From Lama guanicoe (Eukaryota), in the NCBI GenBank assembly GCA_013239625.1, contig MU054323.1:1922001-1986000 (forward strand): DNA of 64,000 nt, read 5' to 3'. Below, in pieces: positions 13,188 to 26,240 of the stretch. Both the position numbers and the translations under genes were made by a program. How positions within the stretch are numbered: the stretch's first letter is position 1; every line of letters begins with the position of its first letter. The notes beneath the pieces were generated by a model. The model searched no databases. It was not told the origin of the DNA and saw only the letters and a program-made list of their open reading frames with translations.

Positions 13188-14479
13188 AGTTTTCTTCTTA
13201 AATCTATTTGTCCAGTCTCCCTCTGGTGAACAATCTTGTTTCTTGTGGCTTTTCAATATTCAGCCCTTGTTTTGACTCACTGAATTTTGCAATGTTCTAA
13301 TCATTATTTCTTTGCTACTTTCAAATTACCCCCAATCCCAAGACTTTGCTAGATAGAAGATTGAAAAATATTTTTCATTGAAAAGCTATATTTTCTAAAC
13401 GTCAAAGACTTTGTAAAGCAAGTTTCATCAGAAGTGAGATTTTTGAATTTTTAGTAAATATGAATGCTTACTCTTTCTCACTGCTGCTTAGAATTTTACT
13501 GATTACACTTTGGAACTGCATAATTGTGTAATTAATCTTAAGGATGTCAGAATGCATATTTTTGAAAGTAATTTTCTTAGGGAAATAATACACATCTCAT
13601 TATTTTTTACTGTAATTGGTATTCATGATCTCTTAGTTTATAGGTATAAACCCTGCCAGAGATGGCTAATATCAGTTCCATATATTATTAAAAATAAATT
13701 AATTTTTAAAACACAACTCCCATTCAATTTCTCATTAAAAGAGGCATTGTAAATTCTGTTGTCAAGGAATACAAATAACATGATTAAACAATATTTGCAT
13801 TATACCAAGTCCTCTCGGCTAGGATGGTTAACCACTATAAACGCTGATTCATTCTTTATGGAAAAGGACTTTAAAACATAGTTGTCAAAACTGATCAAGA
13901 GCCAGCTGCAGTCCAAACCTTTGATATGCTCATTGCTTTTACAAGTAAAGAGTTCACCTAGGAATTGCATCCAGGGGGGAACTTGGTGTCAAATTTACTT
14001 TATCTATGATTTTGAAAAAAATATATACTACTTATTCAAGGACCGCCATCCTCTGTATTACACAAATGTGAAGAAATAAATGGATGGATTGATGAATGAG
14101 AAAGAGTAAGGGAAGAACGATTTATACCAGTATTGTCATGGGTAAACTGCAACAGAAAGATATATGCAGGTGTGGGTGTATTGCGTTGCTCATGCACTCA
14201 CACCACATAGACAACGGTCTGTCGTCTACACATAAGGATGCTGCTCTGTATGAGGGCATTCAGTTTCTCAGTGATAAAAAGGTTGAGTAGAAATCGTGAG
14301 GTATTAGCCCTAACTAAATGTCAGGCACTGCTCTCTGCAAAGTTAAGTAAGAGTCTTGCTGTTAAGGAATTCATTCATGATCTAATGGGACAGGTACATA
14401 AATGAGCATGATAATTTCAACACGACGTTCTTGCAAGTGCCAGAGAAATGCTTTCTGCTTATCACCATGTCTCCTCAGC

Positions 14480-14870
14480 CTCTACCAATTCAGCAGTCTC
14501 TTAGCTTTGTTTTTCATGACCTTGGCACTTTTGCAGATTACTCATCAGGTATTTTGAAGAATATCTTTCAGTTGGATTTGTCTGATGTTACTTCTGATTT
14601 TACTGGAGTTGTGATTTGAGGGAAGAATACCACAGTGGTGAGGCGCCCTTCTCACTTATTATATCTTATTGGGACACACATGAGATCAACATAGCTTATG
14701 ACTGATGACAGTGACAGATTACTTGGTTAAGATGGTACGTGTCAGATTGCACAGTAACTGTAATTGTAGTAACTGTAAAGTTACTACTTTTCTCTTTTTA
14801 TACTCTATTCATTAGACGCAAGTCCCTAAGTCATACTTCATCAAGGGCGAAAAATTAAGCCCTACTCACC
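14480..14870 (-). mobile_element. Old LINE-1 3' UTR fragment (L1MB/L1MC-like)
   Basis: TTTCATGACCTTGGCACTTTTG...GGATTTGTCTGATGTT...GGAAGAATACCACAG.GGTGA motifs. Confidence 0.7.
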
Positions 14871-14922
14871 AGGACTTTTTGAAGCTCTAAATAGTCAGTA
14901 CAGTTGTCAATAGCAATAATTA

Positions 14923-15047
14923 GCAGGAGGGTATAGCTCAAGCAGTGGAGCACATGCCTAGCATGTACGAGGTCCTGGGTTCAATCCCCAGTACCTCCTC
15001 TGAAAATAAATAAATAAATAAACAAACTTAAAAAAAAAAAGAACAAA
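14923..15047 (+). mobile_element. tRNA-derived SINE (camelid Vic-1-like) with TSD
   Basis: GAGGGTATAGCTCAAG (A box)...GGGTTCAATCCCC (B box), A-rich tail; TSD CAATAATTA at 14914-14922 and 15048-15056. Confidence 0.9.
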
Positions 15048-16054
15048 CAATAATTACAATGATTCTATTTATTATTACCATAGTTGTTTTTACTACTATG
15101 TCTTTTCCATGAAGATCTAGCAGAAGTTATTGGTCACTAAGAAGGCGCTATAAAGAAGAAACGTCCTAAGGACTTCAGGAACTCAGACCAAGATATACTT
15201 TTCTGCCAGTGGCTTGAAGATTCCCAGAAAGAGCCTTTCCTTGGACATTTGTTGGTATTTTGTAGACCATATAAATTTGGGAATATTCTACAAAAGGTGA
15301 TCTTATATTTAGTTATGTGAACTCAATTCAAAACTAGACATTTTGGCTAGGTCAACTTCTTTTTAGAAACACCAGTCAGAATCAAAATGTCTGTTAAAGA
15401 GCTACGCTGGATTATATAGCTGGATCAGCACTTCAGCTGGGAGATGCCCAAACCTAGTAGTAAATGAATACAAACAAATAAAACCAACCCTCTATAGAGG
15501 GTTCCTTAAATTAAATGAATTCTGATCTGAATGTTTATTCAGCTCCACAATGTGACTACTATATATATTGATAGAATAAATATTTTATGATCCATGGCAT
15601 ATGTTCAAACCAAGAATTAGAGTATAAAAACTTTATTCCAAACTGAATGTAAATACAACAAGTTTCTAAAAAAGAATAATAAACATCTATATGGCTTTTA
15701 GGCACTATATATGATTTATTATGTTAAATATCTGAAATGTTCTCTCTCTATTTATAAGTTCTGGCTTTTCTCTCCCTACTCACTCCTTCCCTTCATTACT
15801 TAACATTATTTGACATATTGTGATGTGCTGGAATTCCAATGAAGGAGCATCTAAGGGACAAATTTGACCCATGACTCCACTGCTCACAATGATCAATGAG
15901 AAAAGTAGCAGGAGAGACGTGGCAGGAGAGCCTATGGAGCAGGGGCAGCATTTAACTGGTCTCTGTGTGTCCTGCTGGACTCATGGAGCCATGTCCTCTA
16001 GGACGGAGAGTAAAGGGTGATCTCGTCAGAGAGTCATGTGCCCAGTGAAGAAGT

Positions 16055-16065
16055 TGCTGAGTCAT
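16055..16065 (-). promoter_or_regulatory. Consensus NRF2/NF-E2-sMAF antioxidant response element
   Basis: TGCTGAGTCAT (ATGACTCAGCA on the minus strand) in non-repetitive-looking sequence. Confidence 0.3.
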
Positions 16066-16499
16066 CAATCCTTCCCTCCCAAAACATCTATGGAGGGAAA
16101 TTCTCACATGAAAACAGACAATCCAACTTGAGTGAAAAGCCACAATTCGAAGGCAAATCCATCTCAGCTTACTTTCTCTTATTTTTGACCACCTGAATTA
16201 AAATAGCAAGTTCTTCTTATCTCATTTTACTAATTACACCTTTTGCTAAATAGTAACAAATACTTCCCTCCAAACACAAGAATTTAATCTTAAAAATGGC
16301 TTCCACTGATCTGATCAACACTTTTTAAAAAAAAGTAAATACATCTTTAGAGAGATGCACTTTTTACTATCAAAGTGACTGCTTAGAATCACTGTGGAAT
16401 AGTACAAAAACACTGGATTTGAAATCCAATAACCTGGTTTGAGTAGTGACTTCTCAATCTGCCAACTGCATGGAGATTAAAAATGAAACAAAACAGGAA

Positions 16500-17790
16500 A
16501 TGGTGTTTGTCTTGGACCTGGAAGAAAAAGCTGCATTGTCAGCTCAGGAAAGAACAGAACATGCAGAGGATGAAGCCTGAAAATGCTGGCAAGTGCCTGG
16601 AGAGGGAAATGGTAGGAGGTAAAAATTAGGTTACTTCCAGGTTTAAAAGAATGCTAGATGCCATGTTAAGAAGTTCAGGGTTTAGCTGTAGGGCATGGGA
16701 GGTCATTAGAGGTTTCCGAGTATGGTAAGAACTGATCACACGTACAATTTAGGAGGGTAATCCTGGGGAAATGTGAGGCTAGATCAGAAGAAGCAAGACT
16801 CATAGTTTTTTGCAAGAGGCAGATAAGTAAAAAGACATTTACAATACACTGTAGTTAAGCGTTATGATTAAGTCATGCATAGCGTGTCAATGAGTGTGCA
16901 AAAGGTGGCGTTCTAATCCAGATTTCCCCCCAAAAGGAGAGACCTATGCCAAGCCAACTGGGAGTTGGCCAGGCTGTCACCAGGGGATTTCATGAAGAGT
17001 AACAGCACTGAAAAACTCATGGACACAAGATATGTGTATTTGTCTTGTGCTCAAGGTCTATGTTGATGAGTGACAAGAGCTAATGCTAGAAGCAAGCAAG
17101 GCTGGGTTTCACAGAATCATGTTAGCCATGATGAGGAGTTCAGGTTTTGTTCTGAATACAGTAGGATGCTCCTGAGAGATTCTAATTCATTTATTTATTC
17201 CCTCCTTCACTCCTTCATTTAGCAGTGTTTGCTGAGCATCTGCTATATAGAATAGACATGGAGTAGAAGTCAATAGTAAGAACTCTGGATTCAAACTGCT
17301 TGGGATCAAATTTTGTCTCTGCTACTTACATGTGCTCTGGCTATTGAGCAAATTTTTAATCTCCCACTACCCACTTTCCTTATTAATAAAGTGTGGATAA
17401 TAACAGCATTCACTTGACAGGATTGTTGCAAAGATTAGTTTAAGGTAGTAACTGTAAAACATTTAGAATAGTTTCAGACTCATGCTAAACATTCACTAAC
17501 TGTTAGCTATAATCATGTGTCTAATAGGTTCTGGTGTAATCACAGAGAAAGACATTGTCCGTGCCCTCCACGAGCTTAGAGTCCATGGAAAGGGAAGACG
17601 CTGCTGGGAGAATGGACGTAACCGACAACAAGATTTATATACCATGATTGGAGTGCCGTGATAAAGAAGCAGGAAAGGCTTCCAGCTTGGACTTGGGGGA
17701 CCAGAGGAAGCTTTTGGAAACAAGTAACACTTCAGTTGTACCCAAGAGGTGAGGAGAAATTAATTAGACAAAGGAACAGAAAAATGCCCC
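16500..17790 (-). mobile_element. Cluster of LINE-2 fragments with an embedded plus-strand MIR (about 17260-17510)
   Basis: GCCATGTTAAGAAGTTCAGGGTTT, GCCATGATGAGGAGTTCAGGTTTT and GCCCTCCACGAGCTTAGAGTC L2 motifs; MIR core CTCTGGATTCAAACTGCTTGGGATCAAAT. Confidence 0.6.
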
Positions 17791-17809
17791 AGTGTAAGTC
17801 ATGGTCAGA

Positions 17810-17856
17810 TACACACACACGCGTGCACACACACACACACACATACATATATATAT
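17810..17856. repeat. (CA)n/(TA)n compound microsatellite
   Basis: Direct reading. Confidence 0.85.
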
Positions 17857-19332
17857 TTTTTGGAATGCTCTTTCCAGCAGCGGCTACAAGCTGAGCCAGA
17901 GGGGAGGAGTCCACCATCAGGGAGGGTGATGCAGAAACTCTCCGTAGGGCTTTACCTGTAACTCAAGGGGTAGTCGGGTCAGCAGTCATTCCCTTTCACA
18001 AATGAAAAAGACAAACTCCAATGGCCTCGCATGAGCCTGGGTTAGACTCTCCCTCCCCTTGTTACTATCCCACTGGTTCTCAAGTCCCTCAAAGAGATTT
18101 CGGCCCCACGTATCTTATAGTAGAATCACACAGACTTACACAATCGTGTGGGCTTTAATAACAATGTGCAGGAAGACTCTGAAGCTTGAATCCTTCTCCT
18201 TCACTTGCTGCAAGCGTGTGATCATGTTTTACTGTTTCACACTACACTACAGACAAACATATATGATGTGTGTGTGAGTTCCAAAGGCTCACAGTCCAAA
18301 GCAGCAGAATAAAACCCATTGGTGGCAAAAGGACTATAGCTTTTAAGAAATGGAGACTTACTATTGCCCTTAATGATGCCTTAGAAGGTTTCTCTTCTCC
18401 CCAGCCAAGAAGTTTTCTGCTTGGCCTTCCATAAAGTCCTGTTTGGCACTATGGCCTTAATAGTTGAGTGAGGACTGAGGCGACTGTAAGTAAGTGTTCA
18501 ATAAAAGCCAAGAAGGTCAGTGAGCTACATTGCAAATATGCCCCTAGACTTAGCAAGTTAATGTAAGCCAAACCCATGATATCTGCGTGCTTATAAATGT
18601 CTCTACAGAAACAGTCTAGAGTCTTCATCTTAGAATTTCTAATCTATTGTACTTTCCACCATAACACTTCTGTCTTAATCTATAAACTATTTTTAGTTAT
18701 TTAATTTATAAACTATGCCATTTTTGTGTCTCTCTTATTGTCAAGCACAGCTGATATTCAGAATGTTCTTGGTTAATTTGTTTAAAAACATGGAAATTGC
18801 TTTTTGGCAACAAAGACAAAGAAAACATATTTGTTTTGACTCATCAAGAAATGTTAACTTTCTCACATTGACGTTTCTCTTAAAGGTATGAGCTACTCAA
18901 CAGTAAAGTGATTACATTTGAATTTGCATTCCAATGTCTCAAAATATTTCATGGACTCTCCCAGAAACCATAAAATAATTTAATTTTTCTCAATTCTGGC
19001 TAGTTTGGTTAGAATTTGTAAATTAGTAATGCTCATAAGAAACCAATAACCTCCTAAAGGAAATTGAAGTTAGCCTTTAAAATGTCACCATTAAAAAATA
19101 ATAATTTGCCTGCTGACATCTAGACTATAGCCCAATGAAGTAGATGAGTTACCTGCCCCATCAGTTTCACAGGGTGAATACAAGTTGTAGAAAATGAATA
19201 AAATCATCTCAAGACAGCTTGAACTGTTGTGTTTTATGTCATGGCTCTCACGTAGACTAATATGCCAATGGACGGGTCTGTTAGCAAAATGGACAATAGC
19301 AGCTGCCCACATGCCCTGCGTGCTTTGGTCTT

Positions 19333-19472
19333 TCTCTTTCCTTCTTTTTTTTGGGGGGGGGTAATTAGATTTGCTTACTTATTTGATTTTTCAGTGGAGG
19401 TACTGGGGATTGAACCCAGGACCTCAGGCATTCTAGGCATGTGCTCTACCACTTGAACTATACCCTCCCCCT
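19333..19472 (-). mobile_element. tRNA-derived SINE (camelid Vic-1-like) with TSD
   Basis: GAGGTACTGGGGATTGAACCCAGGACCTC...CCACTTGAACTATACCCTCCCC; TSD CCTGC(G/T)TGCTTTGGTCTT at 19315-19332 and 19473-19490. Confidence 0.92.
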
Positions 19473-19519
19473 CCTGCTTGCTTTGGTCTTCACAGTTATC
19501 GCATACAAACAGGCAGGTT

Positions 19520-19745
19520 GGGGAGGGAGTTAGCTAAGAGTACAGACTTTCCAGTTAAACAGCCTGGGATCAAAGCCCATTCCGGCCTCTCATTAATTGG
19601 GAAAACATGATAAGTCATGTGTTTTTTCTCAGCCTCTGTTTATCTGTGAAATGATGATAATGGCTGTTACATGGATTAATTGAGATAATACATTTGAATA
19701 CTTGGAACAATTTCTGAAACATAGGGTACGCTCAATACACACTAG
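19520..19745 (+). mobile_element. MIR SINE
   Basis: GCTAAGAGTACAGACTTT.CAGTTAAACAGCCTGGGATCAAA...CTCAGCCTCTGTTTATCTGTGAAATG. Confidence 0.7.
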
Positions 19746-19746
19746 C

Positions 19747-19749
<3 letters not shown>

Positions 19750-19785
<36 letters not shown>
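19750..19785. repeat. (TA)n microsatellite
   Basis: Direct reading. Confidence 0.95.
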
Positions 19786-19787
<2 letters not shown>

Positions 19788-20739
19788 TACCATCTTAGAT
19801 TGTGTGGGTGTGAGAGCTACTCCAGCTTATGTCTTCCATTTCGCAGATGAGCAAGTCAAGGCACAGAAAAGGGAAGCACCTTGTTTAAGGTAACAGAATA
19901 AATCGACGCTCAGTGGAGAGTCTGCTGACTGATCCCCATCGTAGAACTATTTCTACTTTACAAGATTTCCTTCTACGTATTCAGATAGGAATACAAAAGT
20001 AAAGAAAAGACAAGTTAATACAAGAGTCTTATCTACAGATTTTGTGAAAGTTTTTTTTAAATGAATTTAATTGCTTTTTAAAATTACCATCTGTTATTCC
20101 ACATAGGTGAGTTAAAAAATTAAATGAATTGTCTTAAGCTTACTGCCTTGGAACTCATTAAAAGTGTATGTTAATTAATCTTGTTATATTTAAGGCCCTG
20201 GGGCAAGTTTTTTGTGCTGCTTCTGTTGAACCGTTTGCCAACTTGACAAATGATCCTGTTCTGCTCGGGGACCTGTGTGCCTGCAGGTGGAGCCCCCTCC
20301 TGTGGGGTGAAATGTAAATTGTGCCAAGCCCCGGGCAGGGGTAGCAATGCTGCCTGGTGATTGACTCCAGCTAACGGTTCCTTTGTCTGCAATCTATCAG
20401 CGCCAACTGCATTCTTTAGGGTCTGAACAGCACCTGTGCTGAGGACTGGCCTCCTCACAGAGCAGAAATCAGCATGGGGCAGTTCTGGCTTAGGGTAAGA
20501 AAATTCAGGCTTTTGAATATTTCTATACTGTATATTCCTCTCTGGTGTTTCCATTGGTTAAGGTTTTGGAAACGCCTCTTGTTTCTGTCTTGCCAAGCTG
20601 TTAATCTTTCAAACGGATGTAGATATTTATCTTGGAGAACTTCTCAATCTGGTGGAGGTGGAAGAATCACAGGGTAGAGGGAAAAACACTGGCATTCAAG
20701 AGATAAACCTTCATTTCCATCTTTGATTAGTGAGATAAC

Positions 20740-21800
20740 TTAATAAACATTTATTGATCACTTATGATGTGCCACTTGTATCTGTAAATGGAGATACAAA
20801 AATGAATATAAAACAGCCCTTGACCTCAGGAGGTTCACAGTTTAGCGAGAGCAAAAGGCATATAAACAGTGATAAATGTGAGAGCAGTGGTGGAGCCCAT
20901 GGTCCCACGGGGGCCTGAGATGGAACACGTGGTGGGAAGCAAAGGGAAGGAGTCCTGGGGAGGTGGGGCATGAGTTGTTTCTAAAGGGCGAGTAGAAGTT
21001 TCTTTGACAAACCAAAGATGAGGTCGCACAGCATAAAAGAGAAAAAGAAAATAGAACCAGAACAGAACAACTAGAAAAGCGATTCAATAATTCTGAAGCC
21101 CGGAGTATGTGCGGTGTTGGGAAAAGTGAGGTTCTTGTTTGCCACACTAGAAAGACTGGGCTTAACTAGAAGGTAACTGAGATGTCCCGATCAGTTGTGA
21201 ACAGAGGAGTGTCGTGATCATATTTACATTTTAGAAAGCTTCCTGGTATCAGTGAGGGGAGTGGATTGTAGAGGGAGCATGGGTATAGGAAGAATATTTA
21301 GGGTATGATTCTTTCCTGGCCCTGAATTTAAGCAGAGCAACAGGGATAAAGGTAAGTATAATAATTCAAAGATGCTTAGGTGATAAATCATTGGGATTTG
21401 ATAATGTATTGCATAAAGAGAGTGAGAGAAAGGGAAAAGACATGGATGCTTTCATGGGCCTGATAAGCAACAGGATGGATGGTGGTTCTGGTATCTGAAT
21501 GGGGAACACAGACAAGACGCAGGAGAAGAAGGAAGATAAAGAGGAGGAGGAGTCAGAGGGGGAACACAGGGAAGTAATGAAGGAAGAGGAGGAAGGGTGA
21601 GTTTGGGGCAAAACAGTGAGTTCACTTTTAGACACAATGAATTTGGTGTGTCTGAAATGAGTCTAGCAGGCATTTGGGGTAGGAGATGCCTAGGGTGGCG
21701 ATGACTGAGAGTCACTGGCAGAGACGTGATGAGTAAACATGAAGTCGTACTGAGAGAGTGTAGAGGGAGTGGGGAGAAATACTGAGAAGACTCAGCTGCT
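20740..21800 (-). mobile_element. LINE-2 remnant
   Basis: AATAAACATTTATTGATCACTTATGATGTGCCA 3' end; internal GAGTTCACTTTTAGACACAATGAATTTGGTGTGTCTG motif. Confidence 0.75.
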
Positions 21801-22799
21801 TGTAGTCAGGTGTCAAGACTGACTAAGTGCCTGTAAACTATTTAACACAAGGAAATTTTGAAAAAAATGGTTGCTCCATTAAAAAAAGAAGAATCAAGAT
21901 GACTATAAAAATATCTGAATGATTATTAAAAAAAATCTGAATGCTTTCACAGAATAAGTAGAGGCTTTCTTCATGGACCTGAAATTAGGCTGCTGAGTAA
22001 AAATTGCAAAATTCAGTCCTATTATAGATGGGAAAACTTTTTTTAACAGCTTGAAATATCCAAAGAAATACATGTATTTAATGTATATGATTTGGTGAGT
22101 TTGAAGATGTGCAATCACTTGTGATGTTATCACCAAGATTAAGGTTATTGGGGCCAACAAAAGAAATTAGAAACCACATATAAAGATAAGTCATCTATTT
22201 TTTATGGATTACACATTTTCACGTTAAATGTCTTTAACACTTAACATGCATTCCTGCTAGCTTTAGGAATCAAACATGGTTTATGGATTCAATTTAAAAC
22301 CTTTCATTGAAAGAAAATCTATTTTTAATTTTCATTTTAATCATTTAAATATTTAAAGATGTTGCCTTTGTTCTCCAAACTCCTTTTTACCATGTTGGGG
22401 ATACCTACGTGGGGATCTTTGCGACAATGGATATTTTTATTAACAGACTGTTCCAAAACAAATGCACTTTTCAACCCAGCAAACAGATTTTCTAACCTCT
22501 AGTTTTGCTTTTGAATTTCAAGGGTGTAAGTGAGCCCTGGTTAATATGTGCATGAGAAATCCCTGTTATTACTACAATAACTAATAACTCAAAAGTGCCT
22601 TGACATTTAACATTCTGTAATATGAGTGGAGCTTCTGCCTCAGCTTCTTGCTTTTGCTCAACTCACCTCTATTGTCTGGCATTCACCACTCTCACAAGTG
22701 ATGAAGTTAATGTGCAAGAATTCACTCTGAGTATATTGGGCTCGGGAGGGTCGATCAGTAGAATCTATCAAATTATCTTTTACTTCCATCCTGATGAAG

Positions 22800-22995
22800 A
22801 GTAGAGGTTGGCTTCATACAGACTTGGGTTCCAAATTTATCTCTTCCATTTACTCGTTTTGTGACTTGACCAGTTTACCTAACCTCTTTGAGATTCAATT
22901 TCCTCATCTAAAATCATGTTTAGTCCACAGGATTGATGAGCAGATCAGAAATAATATGTGTCTGGCTCATAGAAGGTCCTTGGCAAATGATCACT
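22800..22995 (+). mobile_element. MIR SINE
   Basis: CAGACTTGGGTTCCAAAT...GTGACTTGACCAGTTTACCTAACCTCTTTGAGATTCAATTTCCTCATCT. Confidence 0.75.
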
Positions 22996-24724
22996 CTTGA
23001 AAATTTTGCCAAATTTCTTATACTTGGTAAAATCAATTCTTCTTCTTTTTATTAATTACTTTAATGACAAGGGAAAGCATGCTGACTTTTCAAGAGTGAG
23101 CCTGAGGCCACCAACTATATTAATATAAAAAAACCCCCTACTATCTGATGGATGTATAGAAAAATGTGGATAACACATGCTGTTGAAAACTATGATCCAA
23201 GATGCTGAAGAGGGATATGCTGATTTATTAACCATGTTTAATGAGATGTGGAGAGAATAAGTTGGTTTGTCAGTGCTGACGAACAGAGTGCAGACCCATT
23301 CTTGCCAGACAGGTCTGAACTGGGGTTTTGGTGACTCAAGAGTGAATGAAAATCTATGGTATCTTCATCTTTATTGTCCTCCAGTTATGGTTTATGCTTG
23401 TTTGTACTTTTTCAATTGTCTCACATGTCTATATCATCTTTTCCTTATTATATTATACATTCTTTGAGATCAGGGACCGTGTGAGGGATTTTATATATTT
23501 TTCGCACTTTTAGTGGAGTCATAATGAGACGGAAACTTTAAAATAAGTGAACGGTTTCTTGTAGAATTTTTCTGAGGTTCGAATAACTCGGAAATGTAAA
23601 ACAGCCCAGTGCCTGGCAGGTCTGTGAATAAATATTATGATTATTACTATCACTGCAATTATTACTGTGCTAACTAGACATTGAAAGTTTGCCCCCTTCA
23701 CTAAGGCACCCTTCTTAAAGAGCTTAATAGAAGAGCAGAAATTAGGAAGGGATAAAATGAGAGCAATCATAAAGCATCGTCTCCACTAACGACGTTCTCC
23801 TATTTTCCATTCTCTGGAATATTTTAAGCCCGCGCGCTGCCTCAGCTTTAAATACGTTTGGAAATTAACAGCCCTCAGTTTGCCTCCTCCCAAAGGACGT
23901 TTCTTTTTTCTCTCTTTCTAATTTGAGTCACTGAAATCTGCGGGCCTTCCTATGTTATTTCTTGATAAGGAGGATGTTGTCTAGTTAATGAAAGTTCTGG
24001 TAAAGTAGAAGAATAATTGCCACTCCCCTGTCTTACTTGAACCCCTCAAGTGCACTGAAATGAGAATGAAATGATTACTTTCTGACCCAGAGATGTTCCC
24101 TGGAAATTTACTGGGTTGTTTTCTCTCTATTTGAAACTCAGGTATGTACCGGAAGAATTTTGCCATGAAAAGCAACATATTTTCTATCAGCATGTTTGTG
24201 ACTCACTTTAATTAAACTTTAACTCACCTCTAATGGAGAATGTGAGAATGCCATTTTGTGGGCATTGTTTTATTTTAGAATCGACATACTTAAGCACTTA
24301 GATGGAGCTAACTAAAGGAGGTGTACGTCACATAGGGAAGTATAAAAAGGGACCTTGTAAACAGACCTTTTTGTTGAAAAAAAATGATGGGAAGAGAATG
24401 CTTCTTCTTCTATTACTTTTTCTCACTTTATAGTAACTTGATGCTATAGTAAAGGACTCTGGGAAATCTGCTTGCCATGTAGGTGTTACGTCCACCACAA
24501 AGCATTTATTCCTTTCTTTCTGCAGTGTTTTCAATGCCATGGCAACAGAGTGGACTTCTCTAGCCTAGACTCTCATGGGAGAATGCATTGCTCTTTTAAT
24601 ATGGTGCAATTCTGTTTAGGGACTGGTCCAGTCTCAAGAAAACCGAATCCATGTTTCACCCAGACAATCTCTGTGTTATAGCTGAACCCTTAACTGTCGA
24701 ACACTCCCCCGCCTCTTTCCCCAG

Positions 24725-24770
24725 CATATGCCAGGGGAGCGAGGACATTTTCAACCAACTCTTCCCTGGG
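24725..24770 (+). other. Candidate 46-nt internal exon (unassigned transcript)
   Basis: Branch-like CTTAAC, pyrimidine tract CTCCCCCGCCTCTTTCCCCAG, donor GGG/GTGAGT. Confidence 0.3.
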
Positions 24771-26039
24771 GTGAGTATCTGTAAATGGAAAGGAGAAAGA
24801 TGTAAAAGGCACGTTGAGCTCTAATGGAAAGATTTCCCCTTACAGAACTTAGGATGGGGCTGAGGTGTATAAATGATTCAGCTGAAGTTAATAACCCGAG
24901 GCACCGATGTCTTTTGGAGTTGGAGTCCCTTTGGGAGAAGCCTGCTCCTGCTCTTCCACAAGGTCACCCTCTGAGTGATTTCAGCTTGTTCCTTTGGAAC
25001 AGCCTCAAACTTAATGTGCATCCAGTAAAACTCCAGTGGAAAGCAGCATTTGGGGGTATGTAGACATTCAGGATGTTCTGTGTTTCTGACTTACTGATGG
25101 GATAATACACTCCAAGCCTTGTTTATTAAAGCAACAAAAAAGTTCATTTTCTGCTTTATAGAGTCTGGTATGCATTTCCCAAATTAAGATGTAGTAAAAC
25201 TTTATTATGGACATTAATTCTCATCACATAGGACTGCTGAAGGCAACTCACAAATCACTTGCCTGGCTCTCTTTCCTGGCTGCTTCCAGAGCTGAGACCC
25301 TCTGCTTTACATCTGTTGCTCAGCCCAGAGCACATTCTGCTGTCAGCACTGTTCCCTGTGATAGGTGGTTGGGGCGGGGATGGCGGGAGGCGTTTTCAGC
25401 CAGCACAAAGGCAAAATCTGTATTAGTTTTACTCTAAATTGTTTTCCCCATGCCCAGTGTTTCATCGTGTAGTCCAGCATCCTAATCAACTTTGTTTAGT
25501 TGTAAAGAACAGTAATCTCATTTGAACATCCTAAATTGTAAAAATAAGAGTGAATTATCCAAAAACAGCATTCATCAGAAACCACAGCAACTTCGGGGGC
25601 CTGTTACCCTCCTTGTCTCTCTCAGGGGCCACTGGCTTTCTCTTCCTAATGGCTTCTCTGCTTATTTTTTTAAACATATTTAGTTTCTCTTTAGTGTCCT
25701 CCAAGGACTCATTTTTTTCACCTCCTTGAAACTTCTTCCTGAAAATGGCTTGCCCTTGCCTCTACTCTTGGCATCCTTTCCGCTTCTGATTTCACCACTA
25801 ACTAAATACTCTCCAACAACTTCATTATGTAAATTTCTGATAATGATCTCATATATACTTTTTGTGTCAGACCCCAAGTTTCTAAGTATTTGTTGATGAA
25901 TTTCCACTCTTCCTTAGTTCAGCATCCACCCTAGATTCAATCAACTATGATCGGTGGCAGAACGAAGGTCAGTGGTGCTGGTAGTACCCATGGTGATTCA
26001 ATCCCTCTCTCTCCTTTGTTAAGGGTGTGGGTAGACAGT

Positions 26040-26240
26040 TCCCTTAGAGGAACCAATACACTGTCAGCAACCTGAAGCACAATGAGCCATCTAGCCGAGG
26101 CTTGGTGTACTGACTTCCTGAGTGTCAGTTTCCTCATCTGTAAGGAGAGTAGTGGCAATATCTCAGGGCTCCTGTAAGGATGACAGATATGAGTCAGTAA
26201 GGCAATGTTCTCCATTTTTAATCAAGGACATTGTGAGTAG
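26040..26240 (+). mobile_element. MIR remnant followed by (TAG/TAA)-rich low-complexity tract
   Basis: CTGAGTGTCAGTTTCCTCATCTGTAAGG...CAGGGCTCCTGTAAGGAT. Confidence 0.65.

Noticed and set aside
14923..15000. tRNA-like A/B boxes (also at 19400-19470 and 34469-34545)
   Set aside because: SINE heads with tails and TSDs, not tRNA genes.
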